NCBI GenBank assembly: GCA_043228905.1
Contig: JBHGNT010000023.1
Location: 571,045 to 635,044, forward strand
Reading direction: 5' to 3'
DNA from: Azolla caroliniana
Taxonomy: Eukaryota; Plantae; Polypodiophyta
DNA: 64,000 bases
Part shown: positions 14,301 to 28,244 of the stretch, piece after piece
Position numbering within the stretch: position 1 is the first letter of the stretch
Layout of the letters: each line of letters starts with the position of its first letter
Program-made: the position numbers and the translations under genes
Notes under the pieces: generated by a model
The model's input: the letters and a program-made list of their open reading frames with translations, nothing else
What the model was told of the DNA's origin: nothing
The model's database searches: none

Positions 14301-17300
14301 ATAGCTGGCTCGTGTGATATCGGATTTTAGTGTTCAAACATGCGAATCAAAGCTAACAACACTAGCTATGATAAGGAATGAAAAAATCAAGATTTTGAAA
14401 CTCAGGTCGAGAGACATGAAGATATTAGTAAATTAGAGGAGGGAGTTGAGAAGAGCGCGTGAGTAAATTAAAATGTTCATAGCTGGCTCGTGTGATCCCG
14501 GATTTTTATGTTCAAAGATGCGAATCGAAGCTAACAACACTACGTATGATATGGAATTAAAAAATCAAGATTTTGAAACTCAGGTCGAGAGACATGAAGA
14601 AATTAGTAAATTAGAGGAGGGTGTTGACAAGAGCGCATGAGTAAATTAAAATGTTCATACCTGGCTCTTGGGATATCGGATTTTAGTGTTCAAAGATGCG
14701 AATCGAAGCTAACAACACTAGCTATGATATGGAATTAAAAAATCAAGATTTCGAAACTTGGGTCGAGAGACATGAAGAAATTAGTAAATTAGGGGAGGGA
14801 GTTTAGAAGAGCGCTTGAGTAAATTAAAATGTTCATAGCTGGCTCGTGTGATATCGGATTTTTGTGTTCAAACATGCGAATCGAAGCTAACAACACTAGC
14901 TATGATAAGGAATGAAAAATCAAGATTTTGAAACTCAGGTCGTGAGACATGAAGATATTAGTAAATTAGAGGAGGGAGTTGAGAAGAGCGCGTGAGTAAA
15001 TTAAAATGTTCATAGCTGGCTCGTGTGATCCCGGATTTTTATGTTCAAAGATGCGAATCGAAGCTAACAACACTACGTATGATATGGAATGAAAAAATCA
15101 AGATTTTGAAACTCAGGTCGAGAGACATGAAGAAATTGGTAAATTAGAGGAGGGTATTGCAAGAGCGCGTGAGTAAATTAAAATGTTCATAGATGGCTCG
15201 TGTGATATCGGATTTTTGTGTTCAGAGATGCGAATCGAAGCTAACAACACTAGCTATGATATGGAATTAAAAAATCAAGATTTTGAAACTCAGGTCGAGA
15301 GACATGAAGAAATTAGTAAATTAGAGGAGGGTGTTGACAAGAGCGCATGAGTAAATTAAAATGTTCATACCTGGCTCTTGTGATATCGGATTTTAGGGTT
15401 CAGAGATGCCAATCGAAGCTAACAACACTAGCTATGATATGGAATTAAAAAATCAAGATTTCGAAACTTGGGTCGAGAGACATGAAGAAATTAGTAAATT
15501 AGGGGAGGGAGTTGATAAGAGCGCGTGAGTAAATTAAAATGTTCATAGCTGGCTCGTGTGATGTCGGATTTTTGTGTTCAAACATGCCAATCGAAGCTAA
15601 CAACACTAGCTATGATATGGAATTAAAAAATCAAGATTTTGAGACTCAGGTCGAGAGACATGAAGAAATTAGTAAATTAGGGGAGGGAGTTTAGAAGAGC
15701 GCTTGAGTAAATTAAAATGTTCATAGCTGGCTCGTGTGATATCGGATTTTAGTGTTCAAACATGCGAATCGAAGCTAACAACACTTGCTATGATATGGAA
15801 TCAAAAAATCAAGATTTTGAGACTCAGCTCGAGAGACATGAAGAAATTAGTAAATTAGGGGAGGGAGTTGATAAGAGCGCGTGAGTAAATTAAAATGTTA
15901 ACAATCGAAGCTAACAACACTAGCTATGATATGGAATTAAAAAATCAAGATTTCGAAACTTGGGTCTAGAGACATGAAGAAATTAGTAAATTAGGGGAGG
16001 GAGTTTAGAAGAGCGCTTGAGTAAATTAAAATGTTCATAGCTGGCTCGTGTGATATTGGATTTTTGTGTTCAAACATGCGAATCGAAGCTAACAACACTT
16101 GCTATGATATGGAATCAAAAAATCAAGATTTTGAGACTCAGCTCGAGAGACATGAAGAAATTAGTAAGTTAGGGGAGGGAGTTGATAAGAGCGCGTGAGT
16201 AAATTAAAATGTTCATACCTGGCTCGTGTGATACCGGATTTTTGTGTTCAAACATGCGAATCGAAGCTAACAACACTAGCTAGGATATGGAATTAAAAAA
16301 TCAAGATTTTGAAACTCAGGTCGAGAGACATGTAGAAATTAGTAAATTAGGGGAGGGAGCTAGGAAGAGCGCGTGAGTAAATTAAAATGTTCATACCTGG
16401 CTCGTGTGATCCCGGATTTTTGTGTTCAAAGATGCGAATCGAAGCTAACAACACTAGCTATGATATGGAATTAAAAAATCAAGATTTTGAAACTTGGGTC
16501 GAGAGACATGAAGAAATTAGTAAAGTAGGGGAGGGAGTTGAGAAGAGCGCGTGAGTAAATTAAAATGTTCATACCTGGCTCGTGTGATATCGGATTTTAG
16601 TGTTCAAACATGCGAATCGAAGCTAACAACACTAGCTATGATATGGAATTAAAAAATCAAGATTTTGAAACTCAGGTCGAGAGACATGAAGAAATTAGTA
16701 AAGTAGGGGAGGGAGTTGAGAAGAGCGCGTGAGTAAATTAAAATGTTCATAGCTGGCTCGTGTGATATCGGATTTTAGTGTTCAAACATGCGAATCGAAG
16801 CTAACAACACTAGCTATGATATGGAATTAAGAAATCAATATTTTGAAACTTAGGTCGAGAGACATGAAGAAATTAGTAAATTAGAGGAGGGCGTTGACGA
16901 GAGCGCGTGAGTAAATTAAAATGTTCATAGCTGGCTCCTGTGATATTGGATTTTTGTGTTCAAACATGCGAATCGAAGCTAACAACACTTGCTATGATAT
17001 GGAATCAAAAAATCAAGATTTTGAGACTCAGCTCGAGAGACATGAAGAAATTAGTAAATTAGGGGAGGGAGTTGATAAGAGCGCGTGAGTAAATTAAAAT
17101 GTTTATACCTGGCTCGTGTGATACCGGATTTTTGTGTTCAAACATGCGAATCGAAGCTAACAACACTAGCTAGGATATGGAATTAAAAAATCAAGATTTT
17201 GAAACTCAGGTCGAGAGACATGAAGAAATTAGTAAATTAGGGGAGGGAGCTAGGAAGAGCGCGCGAGTAAATTAAAATGTTCATAGCTGGCTCGTGTGAT

Positions 17301-20300
17301 ATCGGATTTTAGTGTTCAAAGATGCCAATCGAAGCTAACAACACTAGCTATGATAAGAAATGAAAAAATCAAGATTTTGAAACTCAGGTCGAGAGACATG
17401 AAGATATTAGTAAATTAGAGGAGGGAGTTGAGAAGAGCGCGTGAGTAAATTAAAATGTTCATAGCTGGCTCGTGTGATCCCGGATTTTTATGTTCAAAGA
17501 TGCGAATCGAAGCTAACAACACTACGTATGATATGGAATGAAAAAATCAAGATTTTGAAACTTGGGTCGAGAGACATCAAGAAATTAGTAAATTACATGA
17601 GGGAGTTGAGAAGAGCGCGTGAGTAAATTAAACTGTTCATAGCTGGCTCGTGTGATATCGGATTTTAGTGTTCAAACATATGAATCGAAGCTAACAACAC
17701 TAGCTATGATATGGAATTAAAAAATCAAGATTTTGAAACTTGGGTCGAGAGACATCAAGAAATTAGTAAATTACATGACGGAGTTGAGAAGAGCGCGCGA
17801 GTAAATTAAAATGTTCATAGCTGGCTCGTGTGATGTCGGATTTTTGTGTTCAAACATGCTAATCAAAGCTAACAACACTAGCTATGATAAGGAATGAAAA
17901 AATCAAGATTTTGAAACTCAGGTCGAGAGACATGAAGATATTAGTAAATTAGAGGAGGGAGTTGAGAAGAGCGCGTGAGTAAATTAAAATGTTCATAGCT
18001 GGCTCGTGTGATCCCGGATTTTTATGTTCAAAGATGCGAATCGAAGCTAACAACACTACGTATGATATGGAATGAAAAAATCAAGATTTTGAAACTCAGG
18101 TCGAGAGACATGAAGATATTAGTAAATTAGAGGAGGGAGTTGAGAAGAGCGCGTGAGTAAATTAAAATGTTCATAGCTGGCTCCTGTGATATCGGATTTT
18201 TGTGTTCAGAGATGCGAATCGAAGCTAACAACACTAGCTATGATATGGAATTAAAAAATCAAGATTTTGAAACTCAGGTCGAGAGACATGAAAAAATTAG
18301 TAAATTAGAGGAGGGTGTTGACAAGAGCGCATGAGTAAATTAAAATGTTCATACCTGGCTCTTGTGATATCGGATTTTAGTGTTCAAAGATGCCAATCGA
18401 AGCTAACAACACTAGCTATTATATCGAATTAAAAAATCAAAATTTCGAAACTCAGGTCGAGAGACATGAAGAAATTAGTAAAGTAGGGGAGGGAGTTGAG
18501 AAGAGCGCGTGAGTAAATTAAAATGTTCATAGCTGGCTCGTGTGATATCGGATTTTAGTGTTCAAACATGCGAATCAAAGCTAACAACACTAGCTATGAT
18601 AAGGAATGAAAAAATCATGATTTTGAAACTTGGGTCGAGAGACATGAAGAAATTAGTAAATTAGAGGAGGGTGTTGACGAGAGCGCGTGAGTAAATTAAA
18701 ATGTTCATAGCTGGCTCGTGTGATATCGGATTTTAGTGTTCAAACATGCGAATCGGATCTAACAACACTAACTATGATATGGAATTAAAAAATCAATATT
18801 TTGAAACTTGGGTCGAGAGATATCAAGAAATTAGTAAATTACATGAGGGAGTTGAGAAGAGCGCGTGAGTAAATTAAACTGTTCATAGCTGGCTCGTGTG
18901 ATATCGGATTTTAGTGTTCAAACATATGAATCGAAGCTAACAACACTAGCTATGATATGGAATTAAAAAATCAAGATTTTGAAACTTGGGTCGAGAGACA
19001 TCAAGAAATTAGTAAATTACATGACGGAGTTGAGAAGAGCGCGCGAGTAAATTAAAATGTTCATAGCTGGCTCGTGTGATATCGGATTTTAGTGTTCAAA
19101 GATGCCAATCGAAGCTAACAACACTAGCTATGAGAAGAAATGAAAAAATCAAGATTTTGAAACTCAGGTCGAGAGACATGAAGATATTAGTAAATTAGAG
19201 GAGGGAGTTGAGAAGAGCGCGTGAGTAAATTAAAATGTTCATAGCTGGCTCGTGTGATCCCGGATTTTTATGTTCAAAGATGCGAATCGAAGCTAACAAC
19301 ACTACGTATGATATGGAATGAAAAAATCAAGATTTTGAAACTTGGGTCGAGAGACATCAAGAAATTAGTAAATTACATGAGGGAGTTGAGAAGAGCGCGT
19401 GAGTAAATTAAACTGTTCATAGCTGGCTCGTGTGATATCGGATTTTAGTGTTCAAACATATGAATCGAAGGTAACAGCACTAGCTATGATATGGAATTAA
19501 AAAATCAAGATTTTGAAACTTGGGTCGAGAGACATCAAGAAATTAGTAAATTACATGACGGAGTTGAGAAGAGCGCGCGAGTAAATTAAAATGTTCATAG
19601 CTGGCTCGTGTGATATCGGATTTTAGTGTTCAAAGATGCCAATCGAAGCTAACAACACTAGCTATGATAAGAAATGAAAAAATCAAGATTTCGAAACTCA
19701 GGTCGAGAGACATGAAGATATTAGTAAATTAGAGGAGGGAGTTGAGAAGAGCGCGTGAGTAAATTAAAATGTTCATAGCTGGCTCGTGTGATCCCGGATT
19801 TTTATGTTCAAAGATGCGAATCGAAGCTAACAACACTACGTTTGATATGGAATGAAAAAATCAAGATTTTGAAACTCAGGTCGAGAGACATGAAGAAATT
19901 GGTAAATTAGAGGAGGGTATTGCAAGAGCGCGTGAGTAAATTAAAATGTTCATAACTGGCTCGTGTGATATCGGATTTTTGTGTTCAGAGATGCGAATCG
20001 AATCTAACAGCACTAGCTATGATATGGAATTAAAAAATCAAGATTTTGAAACACAGGTCGAGAGACATGAAGAAATTAGTAAATTAGAGGAGGGTGTTGA
20101 CAAGAGGGCATGAGTAAATTAAAATGTTCATACCTGGCTCTTGTGATATCGGATTTTAGTGTTCAAAGATGCCAATCGAAGCTAACAACACTAGCTATGA
20201 TATGGAATTAAAAAATCAAGATTTCGAAACTTGGGTCGAGAGACATGAAGAAATTAGTAAATTAGGGGAGGGAGTTGAGAAGAGCGCGTGAGTAAATTAA

Positions 20301-23068
20301 AATGTTCATAGCTGGCTCGTGTGATATCGGATTTTTGTGTTCAAACATGCGAATCGAAGCTAACAACACTTGCTATGATATGGAATCAAAAAATCAAGAT
20401 TTTGAGACTCAGGTCGAGAGACATGAAGAAATTAGTAAATTAGGGTAGGGAGTTTAGAAGAGCGCTTGAGTAAATTAAAATGTTCATAGCTGGCTCGTGT
20501 GATATCGGATTTTAGTGTTCAAACATGCGAATCGAAGCTAACAACACTTGCTATGATATGGAATCAAAAAATCAAGATTTTGAGACTCAGCTCGAGAGAC
20601 ATGAAGACATTAGTAAATTAGGGGAGGGAGTTGATAAGAGCGCGTGAGTAAATTAAAATGTTAACAATCGAAGCTAACAACACTAGCTATGATATGGAAT
20701 TAAAAAATCAAGATTTCGAAACTTGGGTCTAGAGACATGAAGAAATTAGTAAATTAGGGGAGGGAGTTTAGAAGAGCGCTTGAGTAAATTAAAATGTTCA
20801 TAGCTGGCTCGTGTGATATCGGATTTTTGTGTTCAAACATGCGAATCGAAGCTAACAACACTTGCTATGATATGGAATCAAAAAATCAAGATTTTGAGAC
20901 TCAGCTCGAGAGACATGAAGAAATTAGTAAATTAGGGGAGGGAGTTGATAAGAGCGCGTGAGTAAATTAAAATGTTCATACCTGGCTCGTGTGATACCGG
21001 ATTTTTGTGTTCAAACATGCGAATCGAAGCTAACAACACTAGCTAGGATATGGAATTAAAAAATCAAGATTTTGAAACTCAGGTCGAGAGACATGAAGAA
21101 ATTAGTAAATTAGGGGAGGGAGCTAGGAAGAGCGCGTGAGTAAATTAAAATGTTCATACCTGGCTCGTGTGATGTCGGATTTTTGTGTTCAAAGATGCGA
21201 ATCGAAGCTAACAACACTAGCTATGATATGGAATTAAAAAATCAAGATTTTGAAACTTGGGTCGAGAGACATGAAAAAATTAATAAAGTAGGGGAGGGAG
21301 TTGATAAGAGCGCGTGAGTAAATTAAAATGTTCATAGCTGGCTCGTGTGATATCGGATTTTAGTGTTCAAACATGAGAATCGAAGCTAATAACACTAGCT
21401 ATGATATGGAATTAAAAAATCAAGATTTTGAAACTTGGGTCGAGAGACATCAAGAAATTAGTAAATTACATGACGGAGTTGAGAAGAGCGCGTGAGTAAA
21501 TTAAAATGTTCATAGCTGGCTCGTGTGATACCGGATTTTTGTGTTCAAAGATGCCAATCGAAGCTAACAACACTTGCTATGATATGGAATTAAAAAATCA
21601 AGATTTTGAAACTCAGGTCGAGAGACATGAAGAAATTAGTAAAGTAGGGGAGGGAGTTGAGAAGAGCGCGTGAGTAAATTAAAATGTTCATAGCTGGCTC
21701 GTGTGATATCGGATTTTAGTGTTCAAACATGCGAATCGAAGCTAACAACACTAACTATGATATGGAATTAAAAAATCAAGATTTTGAAACTTGGGTCTAG
21801 AGATATCAAGAAATTAGTAAATTACATGAGGGAGTTGAGAAGAGCGCGTGAGTAAATTAAAATGTTCATAGCTGGCTCGTGTGATATCGGATTTTAGTGT
21901 TCAAACATGCGAATCAAAGCTAACAACACTAGCTATGATAAGGAATGAAAAAATCAAGATTTTGAAACTCAGGTCGAGAGACATGAAGATATTAGTAAAT
22001 TAGAGGAGGGAGTTGAGAAGAGCGCGTGAGTAAATTAAAATGTTCATAGCTGGCTCGTGTGATCCCGGATTTTTATGTTCAAAGATGCGAATCGAAGCTA
22101 ACAACACTACGTATGATATGGAATTAAAAAATCAAGATTTTGAAACTCAGGTCGAGAGACATGAAGAAATTAGTAAATTAGAGGAGGGTGTTGACAAGAG
22201 CGCATGAGTAAATTAAAATGTTCATACCTGGCTCTTGGGATATCGGATTTTAGTGTTCAAAGATGCGAATCGAAGCTAACAACACTAGCTATGATATGGA
22301 ATTAAAAAATCAAGATTTCGAAACTTGGGTCGAGAGACATGAAGAAATTAGTAAATTAGGGGAGGGAGTTTAGAAGAGCGCTTGAGTAAATTAAAATGTT
22401 CATAGCTGGCTCGTGTGATATCGGATTTTTGTGTTCAAACATGCGAATCGAAGCTAACAACACTAGCTATGATAAGGAATGAAAAATCAAGATTTTGAAA
22501 CTCAGGTCGTGAGACATGAAGATATTAGTAAATTAGAGGAGGGAGTTGAGAAGAGCGCGTGAGTAAATTAAAATGTTCATAGCTGGCTCGTGTGATCCCG
22601 GATTTTTATGTTCAAAGATGCGAATCGAAGCTAACAACACTACGTATGATATGGAATGAAAAAATCAAGATTTTGAAACTCAGGTCGAGAGACATGAAGA
22701 AATTGGTAAATTAGAGGAGGGTATTGCAAGAGCGCGTGAGTAAATTAAAATGTTCATAGATGGCTCGTGTGATATCGGATTTTTGTGTTCAGAGATGCGA
22801 ATCGAAGCTAACAACACTAGCTATGATATGGAATTAAAAAATCAAGATTTTGAAACTCAGGTCGAGAGACATGAAGAAATTAGTAAATTAGAGGAGGGTG
22901 TTGACAAGAGCGCATGAGTAAATTAAAATGTTCATACCTGGCTCTTGTGATATCGGATTTTAGGGTTCAGAGATGCCAATCGAAGCTAACAACACTAGCT
23001 ATGATATGGAATTAAAAAATCAAGATTTCGAAACTTGGGTCGAGAGACATGAAGAAATTAGTAAATTA
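5400..23068 (+). repeat. Higher-order duplication: ~7567-bp (43-monomer) unit with a nested 2448-bp (14-monomer) duplication
   Basis: Private variants recur at offset 10015/10016 (CATGTAG 6315/16331; TATGAGAAG 9116/19131; TTTAGGG 12946/22961), offset 7568 (5872/13440) and offset 2448 (TCGTAG 11543/13991; 13440/15888). Boundaries are approximate. Confidence 0.85.
5872..6007 (+). repeat. 136-bp deletion monomer type A (first of 22 copies counted)
   Basis: Junction AAAATGTT-AAC-AATCGAAGC, where 45 bp are replaced by 3 bp. Singles at 5872, 10636, 13440, 15888, 20651; a doublet at 23632; triplets at 33471, 34770, 35535, 39434, 40199. Confidence 0.92.
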
Positions 23069-24259
23069 CATGAGGGAGTTGATAAGAGCGCGTGAGTAAA
23101 TTAAAATGTTCATAGCTGGCTCGTGTGATATCGGATTTTAGTGTTCAAAGATGCGAATCGAAGCTAACAACACTAGCTATGATAAGGAATGAAAAAATCA
23201 AGATTTTGAAACTCAGGTCGAGAGACATGAAGATATTAGTAAATTAGAGGAGGGAGTTGAGAAGAGCGCGTGAGTAAATTAAAATGTTCATAGCTGGCTC
23301 GTGTGATCCCGGATTTTTATGTTCAAACATGCGAATCGAAGCTAACAACACTAGCTATGATATGGAATTAAAAAATCAAGATTTTGAAACTCAGGTCGAG
23401 AGAGATGAAGAAATTAGTAAATTAGAGGAGGGTATTGCAAGAGCGCGTGAGTAAATTAAAATGTTCAAAGCTGGCTCGTGTGATATCGGATTTTTGTGTT
23501 CAAACATGCGAATCGAAGCTAACAACACTTGCTATGATATGGAATCAAAAAATCAAGATTTTGAGACTCAGCTCGAGAGACATGAAGAAATTAGTAAATT
23601 AGGGGAGGGAGTTGATAAGAGCGCGTGAGTAAATTAAAATGTTAACAATCGAAGCTAACAACACTAGCTATGATATGGAATTAAAAAATCAAGATTTCGA
23701 AACTTGGGTCTAGAGACATGAAGAAATTAGTAAATTAGGGGAGGGAGTTGATAAGAGCGCGTGAGTAAATTAAAATGTTAACAATCGAAGCTAACAACAC
23801 TAGCTATGATATGGAATTAAAAAATCAAGATTTCGAAACTTGGGTCGAGAGACATAAAGAAATTAGTAAATTAGAGGAGGGTGTTGACCAGAGCGCGTGA
23901 GTAAATTAAAATGTTCATAGCTGGCTCGTGTGATATCGGATTTTAGTGTTCAAACATTGGAATCGAAGCTAACAACACTAACTATGATATGGAATTAAAA
24001 AATCAATATTTTGAAACTTGGGTCGAGAGATATTAAGAAATTAGTAAATTACATGAGGGAGTTGATAAGAGCGCGTGAGTAAATTAAAATGTTCATAGCT
24101 GGCTCGTGTGATATCGGATTTTAGTGTTCAAACATGAGAATCGAAGCTAATAACACTAGCTATGATATGGAATTAAAAAATCAAGATTTTGAAACTTGGG
24201 TCGAGAGACATCAAGAAATTAGTAAATTACATGACGGAGTTGAGAAGAGCGTGTGAGTA

Positions 24260-24395
24260 AATTAAAATGTTCATAGCTGGCTCGTGTGATACCGGACTTT
24301 TGTGTTCAAAGATGCCAATCGAAGCTAACAACACTAGCTATGATATGAAATGAAAAAATCAAGATTTTGAAACTCAGGTCGAAAGCGCGTGAGTA
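24260..24395 (+). repeat. 136-bp deletion monomer type B (first of 4 copies)
   Basis: Junction CAGGTCGA-A-AGCGCGTG, a net 42-bp loss covering the purine/G-rich segment. Junctions near 24382, 36599, 41263 and 47954. Confidence 0.92.
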
Positions 24396-27300
24396 AATTA
24401 AAATGTTCATAGCTGGCTCGTGTGATATCGGATTTTTGTGTTCAAACATGCGAATCGAAGCTAACAACACTTGCTATGATATGGAATTAAAAAATCAAGA
24501 TTTTGAAACTCAGGTCGAGAGACATGAAGAAATTAGTAAAGTAGGGGAGGGAGTTGAGAAGAGCGCGTGAGTAAATTAAAATGTTCATAGCTGGCTCGTG
24601 TGATATCGGATTTTAGTGTTCAAACATGCGAATCGAAGCTAACAACACTAACTATCATATGGAATTAAAAAATCAAGATTTTGAAACTTGGGTCTAGAGA
24701 TATCAAGAAATTAGTAAATTACATGAGGGAGTTGATAAGAGCGCGTGAGTAAATTAAAATGTTCATAGCTGGCTCGTGTGATATCGGATTTTAGTGTTCA
24801 AACATGCGAATCAAAGCTAACAACACTAGCTATGATAAGGAATGAAAAAATCAAGATTTTGAAACTCAGGTCGAGAGACATGAAGATATTAGTAAATTAG
24901 AGGAGGGAGTTGAGAAGAGCGCGTGAGTAAATTAAAATGTTCATAGCTGGCTCGTGTGATCCCGGATTTTTATGTTCAAAGATGCGAATCGAAGCTAACA
25001 ACACTACGTATGATATGGAATTAAAAAATCAAGATTTTGAAACTCAGGTCGAGAGACATGAAGAAATTAGTAAATTAGAGGAGGGTGTTGACAAGAGCGC
25101 ATGAGTAAATTAAAATGTTCATACCTGGCTCTTGGGATATCGGATTTTAGTGTTCAAAGATGCGAATCGAAGCTAACAACACTAGCTATGATATGGAATT
25201 AAAAAATCAAGATTTCGAAACTTGGGTCGAGAGACATGAAGAAATTAGTAAATTAGGGGAGGGAATTTAGAAGAGCGCTTGAGTAAATTAAAATGTTCAT
25301 AGCTGGCTCGTGTGATATCGGATTTTTGTGTTCAAACATGCGAATCGAAGCTAACAACACTAGCTATGATAAGGAATGAAAAATCAAGATTTTGAAACTC
25401 AGGTCGTGAGAGATGAAGAAATTAGTAAATTAGAGGAGGGAGTTGAGAAGAGCGCGTGAGTAAATTAAAATGTTCATAGCTGGCTCGTGTGATCCCGGAT
25501 TTTTATGTTCAAAGATGCGAATCGAAGCTAACAACACTACGTATGATATGGAATGAAAAAATCAAGATTTTGAAACTCAGGTCGAGAGACATGAAGAAAT
25601 TGGTAAATTAGAGGAGGGTATTGCAAGAGCGCGTGAGTAAATTAAAATGTTCATACCTGGCTCTTGTGATATCGGATTTTTGTGTTCAGAGATGCGAATC
25701 GAAGCTAACAACACTAGCTATGATATGGAATTAAAAAATCAAGATTTTGAAACTCAGGTCGAGAGACATGAAGAAATTAGTAAATTAGAGGAGGGTGTTG
25801 ACAAGAGCGCATGAGTAAATTAAAATGTTCATACTTGGCTCTTGTGATATCGGATTTTAGTGGTCAGAGATGCCAATCGAAGCTAACAACACTAGCTATG
25901 ATATGGAATTAAAAAATCAAGATTTCGAAACTTGGGTCGAGAGACATGAAGAAATTAGTAAATTACATGAGGGAGTTGATAAGAGCGCGTGAGTAAATTA
26001 AAATGTTCATAGCTGGCTCGTGTGATATCGGATTTTAGTGTTCAAAGATGCGAATCGAAGCTAACAACACTAGCTATGATAAGGAATGAAAAAATCAAGA
26101 TTTTGAAACTCAGGTCGAGAGACATGAAGATATTAGTAAATTAGAGGAGGGAGTTGAGAAGAGCGCGTGAGTAAATTAAAATGTTCATAGCTGGCTCGTG
26201 TGATCCCGGATTTTTATGTTCAAACATGCGAATCGAAGCTAACAACACTAGCTATGATATGGAATTAAAAAATCAAGATTTTGAAACTCAGGTCGAGAGA
26301 GATGAAGAAATTAGTAAATTAGAGGAGGGTATTGCAAGAGCGCGTGAGTAAATTAAAATGTTCAAAGCTGGCTCGTGTGATATCGGATTTTTGTGTTCAA
26401 AGATGCCAATCGAAGCTAAGAACACTAGCTATGATATGGAATTAAAAAATCAAGATTTTGAAACTCAGATCGAGAGACATGAAGAAATTAGTAAATTAGA
26501 GGAGGGTGTTGACAAGAGCGCATGAGTAAATTAAAATGTTCATACCTGGCTCTTGTGATATCGGATTTTTGTGTTCAAAGATACCAATCGAAGCTAACAA
26601 CACTAGCTATGATATGGAATTAAAAAATCAAGATTTTGAAACTCAGGTCGAGAGACATGAAGAAATTAGTAAATTAGAGGAGGGTGTTGACAAGAGCGCA
26701 TGAGTAAATTAAAATGTTCATACCTGGCTCTTGTGATATCGGATTTTAGTGTTCAGAGATGCCAATCGAAGCTAACAACACTAGCTATGATATGGAATTA
26801 AAAAATCAAGATTTCGAAACTTGGGTCGAGAGACATGAAGAAATTAGTAAATTACATGAGGGAGTTGATAAGAGCGCGTGAGTAAATTAAAATGTTCATA
26901 GCTGGCTCGTGTGATATCGGATTTTAGTGTTCAAAGATGCGAATCGAAGCTAACAACACTAGCTATGATAAGGAATGAAAAAATCAAGATTTTGAAACTC
27001 AGGTCGAGAGACATGAAGATATTAGTAAATTAGAGGAGGGATTTGAGAAGAGCGCGTGAGTAAATTAAAATGTTCATAGCTGGCTCGTGTGATCCCGGAT
27101 TTTTATGTTCAAACATGCGAATCGAAGCTAACAACACTAGCTATGATATGAAATTAAAAAATCAAGATTTTGAAACTCAGGTCGAGAGAGATGAAGAAAT
27201 TAGTAAATTAGAGGAGGGTATTGCAAGAGCGCGTGAGTAAATTAAAATGTTCAAAGCTGGCTCGTGTGATATCGGATTTTTGTGTTCAAAGATGCCAATC

Positions 27301-28220
27301 GAAGCTAACAACACTAGCTATGATATGGAATTAAAAAATCAAGATTTTGAAACTCAGATCGAGAGACATGAATAAATTAGTAAATTAGAGGAGGGTGTTG
27401 ACAAGAGCGCATGAGTAAATTAAAATGTTCATACCTGGCTCTTGTGATATCGGATTTTTGTGTTCAAAGATACCAATCGAAGCTAACAACACTAGCTATG
27501 ATATGGAATTAAAAAATCAAAATTTCGGAACTTGGGTCGAGAGGCATGAAGAAATTAGTAAATTAGGGGAGGGAGTTTAGAAGAGCGCGTGAGTAAATTA
27601 AAATGTTCATAGCTGGCTCGTGTGATATCGGATTTTTGTGTTCAAACATGCGAATCGAAGCTAACAACACTTGCTATGATATGGAATTAAAAAATCAAGA
27701 TTTTGAAACTCAGGTCGAGAGACATGAAGAAATTAGTAAATGACATGAGGGAGTTGACAAGAGCGCATGAGTAAATTAAAATGTTCATACCTGGCTCTTG
27801 TGATATCGGATTTTAGTGTTCAAAGATGCCAATCGAAGCTAACAACACTAGCTATGATATGGAATTAAAAAATCAAAATTTCGAAACTTGGGGCGAGAGA
27901 CATGAAGAAATTAGTAAATTAGGGGAGGGAGTTGAGAAGAGCGCGTGAGTAAATTAAAATGTTCATAGCTGGCTCGTGTGATATCGGATTTTTGTGTTCA
28001 AACATGCGAATCGAAGCTAACAACACTTGCTATGATATGGAATTAAAAAATCAAGATTCTGAAACTCAGGTCGAAAGACATGAAGAAATTAGTAAAGTAG
28101 GGGAGGGTGTTGACGAGAGCGCGTGAGTAAATTAAAATGTTCATAGCTGGTTCGTGCGATATCGGATTTTAGTGTTCAAACATGCGAATCGAAGCTAACA
28201 ACACTAACTATGATATGGAA

Positions 28221-28244
28221 GGGTTTAGGGTTTAGGGTTTAGGG
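28221..28244 (+). repeat. Interstitial telomeric tract GGG(TTTAGGG)3 inside a satellite monomer, copy 1 of 11
   Basis: GATATGGAA-GGGTTTAGGGTTTAGGGTTTAGGG-TTGGGTCG in place of GATATGGAA-TTAAAAAATCAAGATTTTGAAAC-TTGGGTCG. The monomer 28130-28308 is 179 bp. Confidence 0.95.
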
